DNA from: Octopus bimaculoides
Lineage: Eukaryota
DNA: 38,718 bases
Assembly: GCF_001194135.2 (NCBI RefSeq)
Contig: NC_069003.1
Location: 24,724,169-24,762,886 of the forward strand
Reading direction: 5' to 3'
Shown: in pieces, positions 10,476-21,898 of the stretch
How positions within the stretch are numbered: the stretch's first letter is position 1
Layout of the letters: every line of letters starts with the position of its first letter
The notes under the pieces: model-generated
Told to the model about the DNA's origin: nothing
The model's input: only the letters and a program-made list of their open reading frames with translations
The model's database searches: none
Made by a program: the position numbers and the translations under genes

Positions 10476-11654
10476 CATGACCATCGTCCATTTTTCTTTT
10501 TCTCATTTGACCATCTTTCTTTTCCTCCAGGACCTTCTAACTCTCTCTTCTATCTTTTCTCTTTTCAAAGAAAATATTTCTCCAGCATTCGCTATTTTAC
10601 CCTCGTTCTGGTCTAACGATCCTCCAATGTTTGTTTTTGTTCAGTTTCCTTGTATGTCACCACTGTCCTGTTTCTGTTCCCAACTTTGACCCTCCATAAA
10701 TCCCAAATTTTATTTTGGTATTTATGGGAGCAACTGCCTTCGAAGACTCATATTGTTGTTCAATGCTCAAAATGAGTAGATAAACAACCGACAACTGATG
10801 AAAGGGTGTTCTTTGTGTTACTTGTCCTGTTTTCCATTTTTTCTCTCGTTTGCATATTCAACTCATTTGTTTTTGCATTTCATGTTGTTTACAGTTGAAT
10901 TTCATATTGAGTTTTTTTTAATTTTCTCAGCTACAGGTAACCATACAAAGATGCCCATACCTAAAGCATTTTAAAGAGAGGAAGGGCTTTGCACTGGGCA
11001 AATCTTACTCTCGAAACAACACATGCATTTGCTTAAAAAGAAGAGCTAATCAACATTGTTAGATGCAAATGAAGTTGCAGACGCTATATCAGAATTTTCC
11101 ATTACTTAGAGAGATGTCTAAACAAGGATTTGGAGTCTCTCACTCCGAGCTGTTGATGGCCGTTGACTCTTGTTGAATTCATCAACCGTTTGACACGTTT
11201 TGTATTTCTTCCTGCAGGGTGTTCTACAAAAACCACTCCCCTTACCTACCAGACTTGATAGGATTGCCAGTTTAGTTGCCACAGGCCTGAGCATGTGACA
11301 GGCTGTATTGGGTTACGTGTTACAAGTTGCACCAAAATTGCTTAAATGCTAAATTTCAGATTTTAATATTAACCTTTTTGTCACCAAATTTTTGTTGAGA
11401 ATGAACTAAGTATGTTTCAATTAATTTTCAAAATAATGGAAAATATAGGGAAATAACCTGGAGGGTTTTAATTTAGATTGCTAAAAAACAGGAAGTTTGT
11501 ATCCTAGAGCCGGAAGGAGGTCTCAGGCAGATATGTAGCAAACAGTTCAATTCAACACGTTCTGATGGAATAAGTGAATATTAAAAGTGTAGACAAATTT
11601 ATTATGGAGTTAGTTTTGACTGGGACATAAAATAATCCTTTCTTCTATAAGCAC

Positions 11655-11870
11655 ATTCATTTGATTGTGGCCATGCTGGAGCACTGCCTTGAAGATGTTT
11701 TTTTTTAGTTGAACAAATTGACCCCCAGGATACATTTTCTTTTTAAAGCCCAGTACTAATTTTATTGATTCCTTTAGCTGAACCACTAAGTTACAGGGAC
11801 GTAAACATACCAAAACTGGTTGTCAAGTAGTAGTGGGAGACAAACACATGCACACACATAGATATATACA
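11655..11870 (-). mobile_element. SINE family B 3' half
   Basis: TTGATTGTGGCCATGCTGGAGCACTGCC...GAACCACTAAGTTACAGGGACGTAAAC. Confidence 0.8.
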
Positions 11871-11883
11871 TATATTCTTTAGT

Positions 11884-12200
11884 TCTTTTACATGTTTCAA
11901 TCATTTGATTGCAGCCATGCCTTGAAGGGTTTTAAAAATTGAACTGCTAAGTTACAGGGACATAAACACACCAACACCAGTCGTCAAGTGGTGATGGGGG
12001 TGGGACAAACACAGACACAACATATAAACACACACGCAAACATATACGACAAGCCCTTTTCAGTTTCCATCTACCAAATCCACTCGCAAGGCTTTGGCCG
12101 ACCTGGGGCTATAGTAGAAGACACTTGCCCAAGGTGCCACACAGTAGGACTGAACCCAGAACCATGTGGTTGGGAAGCAAGCTTCTTACCACATAACCAC
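11884..12200 (-). mobile_element. SINE family B, internally deleted
   Basis: Tail, core TTTCAGTTTCCATCTACCAAATCCACTC and head CCCAGAACCATGTGGTTGG...TTACCACA are all present. Confidence 0.85.
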
Positions 12201-12585
12201 AAGAAAAGTAAAAGGAAGAACAGAGGAAGGAAAACAGGAAACACAAACTGCACCAAATTTACAAAATATATATATATACATATACATACATATATATAAA
12301 TATGTAAGTGCATCTGTGTGTAGGTGTGTGGGACTTGATTTTGTATGTCCTCATTAATACTGATGACCAAACCATGGTGGTATTGTTTACATTCTGTAAT
12401 AAACAAATGTTGCATAGCTCAGCAGACATGTGTGATTCTGGTAGAGTGAGAAATGCCATACAAGCAAAGCAAGTGTGGGCTGGTGAAAGGAAGAGCATCC
12501 GGCTGCAGTAAACCTAATGCAGTAAGAAAAGACAGATGTAAAAATGATGGTGCATTTTTGTGTGCGTGTGTGTGTGTATATATAT

Positions 12586-12811
12586 GGCGGTGAGCTGGCA
12601 GAATCGTTAGCACGCTGGGCGAAATGCTTAGCGGTGTTTCGTCTGCCGTTACGTTCTGAGTTCACATTCCGCCGAGGTCGACTTTGCCTTTCATCCTTTC
12701 GGGGTCGATTAAATGAGTACCAGTTACGCACTGGGGTCAATGTAATCGACTTAATCCCTTTGTCTGTCCTTGTTTGTCCCCTCTGTGTTTAGCCCCCTGT
12801 GGGCAATAAAG

Positions 12812-12814
<3 letters not shown>
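12586..12814 (+). mobile_element. SINE family A, young full-length copy in a (TA)n tract
   Basis: GGCGGTGAGCTGGCAGAATCGTTAGC (A box), GAGTTCACATTCC (B box), tail GGGCAATAAAGAAA. Near-identical to 38427-38665. Confidence 0.92.
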
Positions 12815-12855
<41 letters not shown>

Positions 12856-13116
12856 GTTCAAAGAAGAAAAATGACAAAAAAAACAACGCGAGCACATGAT
12901 ACAGATATTGTGTTACTGGACGCACAGGAAAGGAAAATATGGAGAGAGAGAGAGAGAGAGAGATAGAGAGATAGAGAGATAGAGAGAGAGAAAGAGATAT
13001 ATATATACAGATAGATAGATCAATACACAGATACATAGATAGATATGAGTATTACATTAAAAAAATTAGAAACATTTCATTCTTAAAATATAAACACATT
13101 TATACATATATTAATA

Positions 13117-13559
13117 TTGTGTTTAGGCAAAAGTTTTGCGATATATTGGTAACTTTATTTGGTTTATTTGTCAAGTTGCAACAGAAGCAACCTTAGCATT
13201 TGAAGTAGAGGCCATTGTGTCGCACAGTCTGAAGCCACCTTTCTGTCGTTTCTTTAATCCCCACCTGATACTAGTTCTTGTCCTTCGAGGCAAAGAACTC
13301 CTTTACTGAAGTTTCCACCTCCTCTTAGCTGATGAAGGGTCACGAGCGTAGGAAATGAGCCATGGATTGGAACAACTAATAATCCGAGGCAGATATTTTC
13401 TGCAATTCTAATGTGCATAAGTAGTGGTTAAACAAGAGCCAGCTTCCTGAAACTGTCATTAAACATGGGCATTTTGAACACAAGGTGCATCCGATAGATT
13501 TATGAATGACAAATAAATCAAACAGGTTACCAAAATATTGCAAAACTTTTGACTCACAA
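13117..13559 (-). mobile_element. Internally deleted mariner (Tc1/mariner) element retaining transposase C-terminus
   Basis: Degenerate ~55-bp TIRs (TTGTGTTTAGGCAAAAGTTTTGCGATAT... / ...ATATTGCAAAACTTTTGACTCACAA) with TA flanks. Minus strand translates SDY*LFQSMAHFLRS*PF...EEVETSVKEFFASKDKN*YQVGIKETTERWLQTVRHNGLYF, typical of the mariner C-terminus. Confidence 0.85.
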
Positions 13560-13563
13560 TATA

Positions 13564-13791
13564 TTGGGTTGTCCGGAAAGTTTGTGCCGATTTATAGTAG
13601 GTTACTTTTTGACTTATTTACCATGAAACCACCCCAATTCTGGGAAGAGGGTATTTTCAAGTTAAAGGAAAGAAGGAGACGCATTGTGCAACAAAATGGT
13701 TCATTATTGGTTGATTAAAAATGTAATGGCAAGTATTTATTGACTTTTTTCTTTCCTTTAAAAATCGGCACGAACTTTCCGGACAACCCAA
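13564..13791 (+). mobile_element. Short non-autonomous mariner derivative (228 bp)
   Basis: 30-bp TIRs at 13564-13593 and 13762-13791, 29/30 identical. Interior reads QFWEEGIFKLKERRRRIVQQNGS, like the mariner terminal FYxxGIxKLxERWxxVIxxNG motif. Confidence 0.9.
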
Positions 13792-14196
13792 AATATATAT
13801 ATATATATATATATATANNNNNNNNNNNNNNNNNNNNNNNNNNNNNNNNNNNNNNNNNNNNNNNNNNNNNNNNNNNNNNNNNNNNNNNNNNNNNNNNNNN
13901 NNNNNNNNNNNNNNNNNNNNNNNNNNNNNNNNNNNNNNNNNNNNNNNNNNNNNNNNNNNNNNNNNNNNNNNNNNNNNNNNNNNNNNNNNNNNNNNNNNNN
14001 NNNNNNNNNNNNNNNNNNNNNNNNNNNNNNNNNNNNNNNNNNNNNNNNNNNNNNNNNNNNNNNNNNNNNNNNNNNNNNNNNNNNNNNNNNNNNNNNNNNN
14101 NNNNNNNNNNNNNNTATACATACGTATATGTGTGCATATGCATACATATTTATGTGTGTGTGTGTGCGTGTGTGTGTGCATGTGCATCTCTTCTAG

Positions 14197-14519
14197 CTTT
14201 ACCTTGTTTCAGTCATCTTACTGTGGCCATGCTGGAACACCACCTTGAAAGGTTTTTAGTCAAACAAATTAACCCCAAGACTTTTTTTATTTTAAAGCCT
14301 AGTACTTATTCTATCAGGCTCTTTTGCTGAAATGCTAAGTTATGGGGACGTAAACGCATCAATACCAGTCGTCAAGAAGTGAGGGGGAGGGGTACAAACA
14401 CAGATACAAAAGACACACACACACACACATAAATATAAGCATATCCACAAATACATACATATATATATATATACATAATTACATACATGTATACATACAC
14501 ACACATATACATACACACC

Positions 14520-14573
<54 letters not shown>

Positions 14574-14738
14574 GCATCTTTCAGTCTCCATCTATCAATC
14601 TATCAATTCCACTCATAATGTTTTGGTTGGCCTGAGGCTATAGAAGAAGATACTTGCCTAAGGAGTCACACAGTGGGTCTGAACTTGGAACCATGTGGAT
14701 GAGAAGAAAACTTCTTATCACACAGCCATGACAGTGCC
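14197..14738 (-). mobile_element. SINE family B with expanded central microsatellite
   Basis: Tail, core and head segments lie in the expected order around a long (CA)/(TA) tract. Confidence 0.85.
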
Positions 14739-15562
14739 TATATATATGTGTGTGNNNNNNNNNNNNNNNNNNNNNNNNNNNNNNNNNNNNNNNNNNNNNN
14801 NNNNNNNNNNNNNNNNNNNNNNNNNNNNNNNNNNNNNNNNNNNNNNNNNNNNNNNNNNNNNNNNNNNNNNNNNNNNNNNNNNNNNNNNNNNNNNNNNNNN
14901 NNNNNNNNNNNNNNNNNNNNNNNNNNNNNNNNNNNNNNNNNNNNNNNNNNNNNNNNNNNNNNNNNNNNNNNNNNNNNNNNNNNNNNNNNNNNNNNNNNNN
15001 NNNNNNNNNNNNNNNNNNNNNNNNNNNNNNNNNNNNNNNNNNNNNNNNNNNNNNNNNNNNNNNNNNNNNNNNNNNNNNNNNNNNNNNNNNNNNNNNNNNN
15101 NNNNNNNNNNNNNNNNNNNNNNNNNNNNNNNNNNNNNNNNNNNNNNNNNNNNNNNNNNNNNNNNNNNNNNNNNNNNNNNNNNNNNNNNNNNNNNNNNNNN
15201 NNNNNNNNNNNNNNNNNNNNNNNNNNNNNNNNNNNNNNNNNNNNNNNNNNNNNNNNNNNNNNNNNNNNNNNNNNNNNNNNNNNNNNNNNNNNNNNNNNNN
15301 NNNNNNNNNNNNNNNNNNNNNNNNNNNNNNNNNNNNNNNNNNNNNNNNNNNNNNNNNNNNNNNNNNNNNNNNNNNNNNNNNNNNNNNNNNNNNNNNNNNN
15401 NNNNNNNNNNNNNNNNNNNNNNNNNNNNNNNNNNNNNNNNNNNNNNNNNNNNNNNNNNNNNNNNNNNNNNNNNNNNNNNNNNNNNNNNNNNNNNNNNNNN
15501 NNNNNNNNNNNNNNNNNNNNNNNNNNNNNNNNNNNNNNNNNNNNNNNNNNNNNNNNNNNNNN

Positions 15563-15835
15563 AGGATATAATCCTTGACATGTGTAAGGACTTTCGAGTG
15601 AGATCGTCGCCAGTGCCCCTGGACTGGCTCTTGTGCGGGTGGCACATAAAATACACCATTTTGAGCATGGCCGTTGCCAGTACCGCCTGACTGGCCTTCG
15701 TGCCGGTGACATGTAAAAGCACCCACTACACTCTCGGAGTGGTTGGCGTTAGGAAGGGCATCCAGCTGTAAAAACTCTGCCAAATCAGATTGGAGCTAGC
15801 ATGGAAAGCGGACGTTAAACGATGATGATGATGAT
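15563..15835 (+). mobile_element. Family D retroposon (5' part hidden in gap)
   Basis: GTGGCACATAAAATACACC...GGTGACATGTAAAAGCACCC...AGGAAGGGCATCCAGCTG...(GAT)n. Confidence 0.85.
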
Positions 15836-16252
15836 ATATTGTTTAAACTATTCCTTAAGTATTTTAATAAGCACCATAAACATCTATGGAAACATGCTAC
15901 TATATATAACATGTATCTCAATTCTGGGGCCCAAATTGTCCTTAAAGACCTCATAATACCATGTATAACATGTGCTATTCTACTTTGGCTATAAGAGCAG
16001 ATAATCTACTTTAATCTGACATTAGTGGTAAATATTTCATTTTATATAAAATATATGTAATAAAAAAATCTAAAACAAATAAGGCTTTATTACGATATTA
16101 TGTTCTTTCCTTAATACGTCGATGACGGACTCTAATACCACATATTATACACATCCCTAATTTTTATCTTGATTTAGGTGAAAAAAAGAGAAAAGTGGTT
16201 TTTCTCAGTATGTTCTTATTTGCATCATTAAAATTTTATTGTTATAATTCTT

Positions 16253-16480
16253 ATTTCTTTATTGCCCATAAGGGGCTAAACATAGAGACAAACAAGGACA
16301 GACAAAAGGATTAAGTCGATTACATCAACCCCAGTTCGTAACTGGTACTTAATTTATCAACCCCGAAAAGATGAAAGGCAAAGTCGACCTCGACGGAATT
16401 TGAACTCAGAGCATAACAGCAGACGAAATACCGCTAAGTATTTCACCCGGCATGCTAACGTTTCTGCCAGCTCACCACTT
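16253..16480 (-). mobile_element. SINE family A, full length with 15-bp TSD
   Basis: ATTGTTATAATTCTT at 16238-16252 and 16484-16498. Confidence 0.92.
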
Positions 16481-16504
16481 TCAATTGTTATAATTCTTTT
16501 ATCA

Positions 16505-17227
16505 TTTATCTTTTTTTTGATTTAGTCATTAGACTGTGGCCATGCTGGAGCACCCCCTTGAAGAATTTTTAGTCGAATGAATTGACCCCAGTATTTATTT
16601 TTTCTTTTTCTTTAACCCTTAAGCATTCAGCCTTACTCAGTCAAATGTACTACTTATTCATTCATATTGACTTCAATTAATCATGCATTACTTCATAGCT
16701 TTAAGATTTTGAAGATGCGATTGTTTATTTTTAGAATGACGTTGTGGGGTAGGTGTGAGAGACTGGATCTGGCCAGTTTCGACATAAAGCAAGGAAAAAT
16801 ATTTGGGCTGGATATGGCCAGTTTAAATGCCAGATGGTAAAGTCAGGTACTTATTCTATCAGTCTCTTTGCCAAACTGCTAATTTAAGGGATCTAAACAT
16901 ACTAACACTGGTCATCAAGCAGTGGTGGGGGACAAATACAGACACAAAAAACACACTGGTACTCCATTGGCTACAACGACAAGGGTTCCAGTTCATCCAA
17001 TGAACAGAACAGCCTGCTCATGAAATTAATGTGCAAGTGGTTGAGCACTCCTCAGACACATGTACCCTTAACATACTTCTCAGAGAGAGAGAGAGAGAGA
17101 GAGAGAGAATGTTGACAAGGCACAGAACTATAGTAGAAAACACTTGCCCAAGGAACCACACAGTGAGACTGAATCTGGAACTATGTGATTAGGAAGCAGG
17201 CTTCTTCCCAGACAGCCATGCCTGCAC
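16505..17227 (-). mobile_element. SINE family B fragmented by a piggyBac-type MITE and an unclassified insert (~16960-17110)
   Basis: B segments at 16505-16610, 16841-16955 and 17125-17227 are collinear. Confidence 0.75.
16616..16836 (-). mobile_element. piggyBac-type MITE
   Basis: TTAA|CCCTTAAGCATT start; interior is the reverse complement of 31206-31415; degenerate right end AATGCCAGATGG. Confidence 0.75.
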
Positions 17228-17558
17228 TTATACTTGTCTTTTCATAAACGTGCTTATACTTCCAGAGTGACCTTCGCACATTACTCAAATTTCTTGTTCA
17301 TTTTTGTTTTCATTGAATACTTAATCGTTTTCTCATTATATTTCCGACAAGTAAACTTCCTATGTATTTTAATTAACTTTCATTATATTTACAACTTTGG
17401 GAAGGGCTTTAAGTAAAGCATGTAATTTTATACACTGGGTGTTCCTGTCAGCCTCAGGTGAGCCTCGATCAAAAAGCAGATTTATTATAAAAGCATTCTA
17501 ACCATGACCATCCCATCATAGATAACATCCTTGTTCCATACACCTAGTCTTTTTCACA

Positions 17559-17710
17559 AGTCGACCCCAGTGTTCAACTGGTACTTATTTTATCAATCCC
17601 AAAAAGATGAAAGACAATGTTGACCTCAGCAGAAATTGAACTCAAAACATGAAGACACAAAACGCTACTAAGCATTTTACCTAGCATACTTAACGATTCT
17701 GCCAGCTCAC
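17559..17710 (-). mobile_element. SINE family A 5' part
   Basis: AAGTCGACCCCAGTGTTCAACTGGTAC...TTGAACTCAAAAC...GATTCTGCCAGCTCAC. Confidence 0.8.
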
Positions 17711-17952
17711 AATAAATCTCTCACAATATCATTAGCGTTATAATGAGATTTTAATTGAGATTAAATTTAACTCTTTTCTGACTATTTCTTATGAAACACA
17801 GAAACTACATGTTTCAATTAATTTTGAAAATTATCAAGAATTTATAGGGATTAAGTACAATAACTATATTTGTCATCACTAAATTCTTGTATATTTTACT
17901 TGCTTTAGTTATTAGACTGCGACCATGCTGGGGCACTGCTTTGAAGAATTTT

Positions 17953-18253
17953 GTGCAGGAATGGCTGTGTGGTAAGTAGCTTGCTTACCAACCACATGGT
18001 TCTGGGTTCATTCCCACTTCGTGGCCCCTAGGACAAGTGTCTTCTACTATAGCCTCGGGCCGACCAAAGCCTTGTGAGCGGATTTGGTAGACGGAAACTG
18101 AAAGAAACTCGTCGTATATATGTATATGTATGTATATGTTTGTGTGTCTGTGTTTGTCTCCCTAACATCATTTGACAACCGATGGTGGTGTTTACGGCCC
18201 CCGTAACTTAGTGGTTCAGCAAAAGAGAATGATAGAATAAGTACTAGGCTTAC
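17953..18253 (+). mobile_element. SINE family B
   Basis: Head TGGCTGTGTGGTAAGTAGC/GGGTTCATTCCC, core GGTAGACGGAAACTGAAAG, and GAATAAGTACTAGGCTTAC. Confidence 0.9.
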
Positions 18254-18319
18254 TCAAGAAAACCTGCCCAATACAACAGAATTGAGATCCTAAAACAAAG
18301 GTGACAGATTAAAAAGCAT

Positions 18320-18533
18320 CGGTGTGGGTGCTGGTGCCATGTAAAAGCATTGGAACTGGTGTCACATAAAAAGCACTGGTGATAGTGCCATGTAAAAAGC
18401 ACCCAGCACACTCCGTAAAGTGGTTGGTGTTAGGAAGGGCATCCAGCCATAGAAACCAAGCCAAAACAGACTATAGAATCTGGTGTGGCCAGCATGGAAA
18501 ATAGATGCTAGATGTTGTTAATGATGATGATGA
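18320..18533 (+). mobile_element. Family D retroposon with three internal stem-loop repeats
   Basis: Repeated GTGCCATGTAAAA(A)GCA units, AGGAAGGGCATCCAGCC and a (GAT)n tail. Confidence 0.8.
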
Positions 18534-18685
18534 TACATACACACACATACATACATACATGCACAAAGTGGAAGCTACTTATAATCCTGGATAATGTAAT
18601 CAAATGGCAATTGTTATGTAAAAGACTATTTCAAAGTGATCACAATAAGTGGCTTTCATTGTGCAGGCATGTGTGTGTATACATA

Positions 18686-19379
18686 TAGTGGGTTGGCAAG
18701 AAAGTAATTTTGGTTTTTTAGTATGAAATAAAAGTTAATTTTTCTCATACAAAGAATGAACTTTAATCAATTATATATTTTCCATTTTGTTTGATGACCT
18801 TTTGCCATCTTTTTGGCAACTTCATGATTCAAGGCTCATAGAATTTCTGGTCCTTGTCACTCAAAAACTGAAGCAAGTGCGATTTCAGGTCATCATCATT
18901 ATTGAAAAAGTTTTACCATTCAAAGAATTCTGTAAACTTCGAAATAAATGGTAATCTGATAGCGCAAGGTCAGGGCTATATAGTGCATGAGATATCACTT
19001 CCCAACCAAACCCTAATAATTTTTCACAAGTTAGCAAAGATGTGTGTGGTCTAGCGTTGTCATGGTGGAACACAATTCCTTTACGATTTGCCAATTCTGG
19101 CCGTTTTTCTTAGTTTGCTTCCTCCAGTTTCATTAGTCGTTGACAGTAAACATCTGAATCATTTGGTGCTTTGGAAGCAGCTCAAAATACACAACACTTT
19201 TGTGATCCCACCAAATTGACAGCATGACTTTTTTGATGCAATTCAGTTTTCGACAGGGTTTGTGTTGGTTCATTATGCCTGGATCATGATCGTTTTCAAT
19301 GGATGTTATTCTAAACAATCCATTTTTCATCATCAGTGATGATTCATTTCAAATAAAGGTCGATTCCATTGCATTTGAG
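18686..19379 (-). pseudogene. Decayed mariner transposase (DD34D), 3' half, with right TIR
   Basis: Frames read IITDDEKWIV, KKVMLSIWWDHKSVVYFELLP, FHHDNARPHT and YSPDLALSDYHLFRSLQNSLNGKTF, with many stops and frameshifts. Mariner-like TIR TAGTGGGTTGGCAAGAAAGTAATTTTGGTTTTT at ~18686-18719. Confidence 0.92.
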
Positions 19380-19401
19380 ATGAAACTGAAAGAAGCCTGT
19401 C

Positions 19402-19435
<34 letters not shown>

Positions 19436-19465
19436 ATATATTTATGTGCATATATATATACATAT

Positions 19466-19513
<48 letters not shown>

Positions 19514-19704
19514 NNNNNNNNNNNNNNNNNNNNNNNNNNNNNNNNNNNNNNNNNNNNNNNNNNNNNNNNNNNNNNNNNNNNNNNNNNNNNNNNNNNNNNN
19601 NNNNNNNNNNNNNNNNNNNNNNNNNNNNNNNNNNNNNNNNNNNNNNNNNNNNNNNNNNNNNNNNNNNNNNNNNNNNNNNNNNNNNNNNNNNNNNNNNNNN
19701 NNNN

Positions 19705-19751
<47 letters not shown>

Positions 19752-19902
19752 ATGTATATATATATCTGTGTGGTGTCTGCACTTGTCCCCCCACCCCCAT
19801 CACCTCTTGACAACTGGTGTTGGTGTGTTTACGTTGCTGTAAGCTAGTGGTTTGGCAAAAGAGACTGATAAAATAAGTACTAGTCTTAAGTCCAGGGGTC
19901 AA
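19373..19902 (+). mobile_element. SINE family B 3' half, spanning an N-gap
   Basis: GAAACTGAAAGAAGCCTGTC, (TA)n, TTGTCCCCCC...TTGACAACTGGTGTTGGTGTGTTTACG...AATAAGTACTAG. Confidence 0.8.
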
Positions 19903-20042
19903 CAGAACAAGGAAATATGCAACCCAGCAAAAATCTTGCCTAAGATAAGGTGTTGTATGTGTGAAGAAAATGCAAGACAAAAGAAGGAAAAAAATGCTGC
20001 TTAGCTTTGCCTCAACCCCCATCAAATGGACTTTAAGATTAA

Positions 20043-20262
20043 CTCCTCAGTATTAAGATTATTCTGTTAAATGTTAGGCTTTTTTACTCAAATTATTTTG
20101 AATTAATCAGGCATTATCTTATAGCTTTGACGTTTCAATAATGTGATTGTATATTTTCAGAAAGTTAGTGTAGGTTAGATGTGAGAGGTTAGATATGGCC
20201 AATTTGAATGTAAAACATGTAGAACATTTGAGCTGGATTTGGCCGCTTTAAATGCCAAAGGG
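20043..20262 (-). mobile_element. piggyBac-type MITE, degenerate
   Basis: Ends AATGCCAAAGGG|TTAA (20263-20266). Interior similar to 16616-16836. Confidence 0.7.
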
Positions 20263-20444
20263 TTAAAGGTGTTCCAGTTGTGACCACCTCATCGAATTTT
20301 TTTTATCCAAACTAGCTAAATGTATCCGATATTTTTTCAAGATGATATAGTGTATTGATTTGATGGACATTTAGCTTCTATTTCTAGCAGACTAACTGAC
20401 TACATAGATGCCTCTCTCATTCAGTTAACTATTCTTTAAGTATT

Positions 20445-20615
20445 ATTTAACCGAAGGCTAACACTGATTGAGTAAACCTATGATCAGAGGCATTCCAACT
20501 GTGACCACCCTGTTTCTTTAATGATACCCAAGAAAACATTATCCAGTACGTTCATTCCTTATTTAAAAGAGTATAGGGGTGATATGAGAGAACTTAGCTG
20601 CTGTTTCTAGCAGGC
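20445..20615 (+). repeat. Unclassified dispersed repeat family E
   Basis: CCTATGATCAGAGGCATTCCAACTGTGACCA and GCTGCTGTTTCTAGCAGG are shared with ~22020-22270 (-), 25025-25310 (-), ~25860-26010, ~35630-35720 and 36316-36533. Confidence 0.6.
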
Positions 20616-20929
20616 TGGCCTTATTGGGCAAGTACATTATGTGCAGTTTTTTGTGGGTGTGTAAGAAAGAAGAAAAAAGGTCTGTAATAAATACCCTGTT
20701 CTATATTGTTATCATGTGTTGTGCTTAATATGCTTTCAAAAATATTCCTGTCTTCGTGTCAGCATCTTGTCTTTAAACATATGTAAACAACCCTGTCTGT
20801 CTGTCTGTCTATCTCTTTCTCTATCTTTCTCTTCTCTCTTTCTCATGCGTATACAGTCTGTCCTACGTTCTCACACATACACACTTGTAGCAATCTGTCC
20901 GGCACTCACTCTCTCTGATACATGTGGTA

Positions 20930-20963
<34 letters not shown>

Positions 20964-21238
20964 GCTCCTTTCTATCTCTCCATCTATATATCTATCTCTC
21001 ACCCTTCTATGAGAGAGCTTTGTTGACAGTGCAACTTTTCTCTTAAGTTTTTCACTCCTTAAACCATTCGCTTTATTTAAATACTTGACTAACTTCATTC
21101 TTTTTCAAAATCTTTCTTTTATTTATTTATTTACTTAACTTATATTTCTATGTTTTCAATAGTCCCCCCCCCATCCTTGCCTTTCTCATATTTTCTGTTG
21201 CATATATATGTATCTATTTAATACACCAAATCAGGGTA

Positions 21239-21453
21239 AGGTGATGCACTGGCAGAATCATTAGCATGCTGGAAAAAAATGCTGAACAGCATTTCTTCCG
21301 ACTTTACATTCTAAGTTCAAATTCCGCTGAGGTCGACTTTGCCTTTCATCCTTTCGGGGTCAATAAAATAAGTACCAGTTGAGCACTTGGGTCAACGTAA
21401 TCAATTCACCCACTCTCCCTGAAATTGCTGGCCTTGTGCCATAATTTGAAACT
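21239..21453 (+). mobile_element. SINE family A, alternative-tail variant
   Basis: CTGGCAGAATCATTAGC, AAGTTCAAATTCC, GAGGTCGACTTTGCCTTTCATCC and tail GGCCTTGTGCCATAATTTGAAA. Confidence 0.85.
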
Positions 21454-21491
21454 AATACATTGGAAAGTTTCATCTTCAAAGATCACCTATA

Positions 21492-21838
21492 GGCATAAGA
21501 GTGGCTGTGTGGTAAGTAGCTTGCCTACCAACCACATGGTTCTGGGTTCAGTCCCACTGCATGGCACCTTGGGCAAGTGTCTTGTACTATAGCCTCGGGC
21601 CGACCAAAGCCTTGTGAGTGGATTTGGTAGACGGAAACTGAAAGAAGCCCGTCATGTGCATGCGTGTATATATATATATGGCAGAATTTACGAAAAATAC
21701 AACAACAGACGAGGATAGGTGGTGTAAACAACAAAAGGATGTATTAGTTTAACGCTCGGGAATAGAGAAAGTCTTTAGCGTTTCGAGTTACGCTCTTCAA
21801 CAGAAAGAATAAGGAGAAAACAAGGAGAAAAACACACA

Positions 21839-21877
<39 letters not shown>

Positions 21878-21898
21878 CCCCCACATCGCTTGACAATT
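21492..21898 (+). mobile_element. SINE family B interrupted in its central microsatellite by a Penelope-like fragment
   Basis: Head and core at 21492-21679; resumes GTCCCCCACATCGCTTGACAA at ~21876. Confidence 0.85.
21680..21832 (-). mobile_element. Probable Penelope-like element terminal fragment with a hammerhead-like motif
   Basis: Minus strand CTGTTGAAGAGCGTAACTCGAAACGCTAAAGAC resembles the CTGAnGAAG...CGAAAC motif of Penelope-type termini. Family assignment is from recall. Confidence 0.55.

Noticed and set aside
10500-10870. Pyrimidine-rich block with CTGATGAAAGGG at ~10795, reminiscent of a retroelement 3' end or hammerhead core
   Set aside because: No stem II followed by GAAA, and single copy in the window, so it cannot be classified from sequence alone.
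10921-11340. Plus-strand splice-like signals (TTTTCTCAG|CTACAG|GTAACC possible 6-nt microexon; TTCTTCCTGCAG| at 11217)
   Set aside because: No open frame or downstream donor supports a gene. The minus strand looks more like a decayed LINE 5' region, and such signals arise by chance in AT-rich DNA.
13338-13365. CTGATGAAGGGTCACGAGCGTAGGAAA, hammerhead-like words
   Set aside because: No stem II pairing, and the segment is explained as the antisense of mariner transposase coding sequence.
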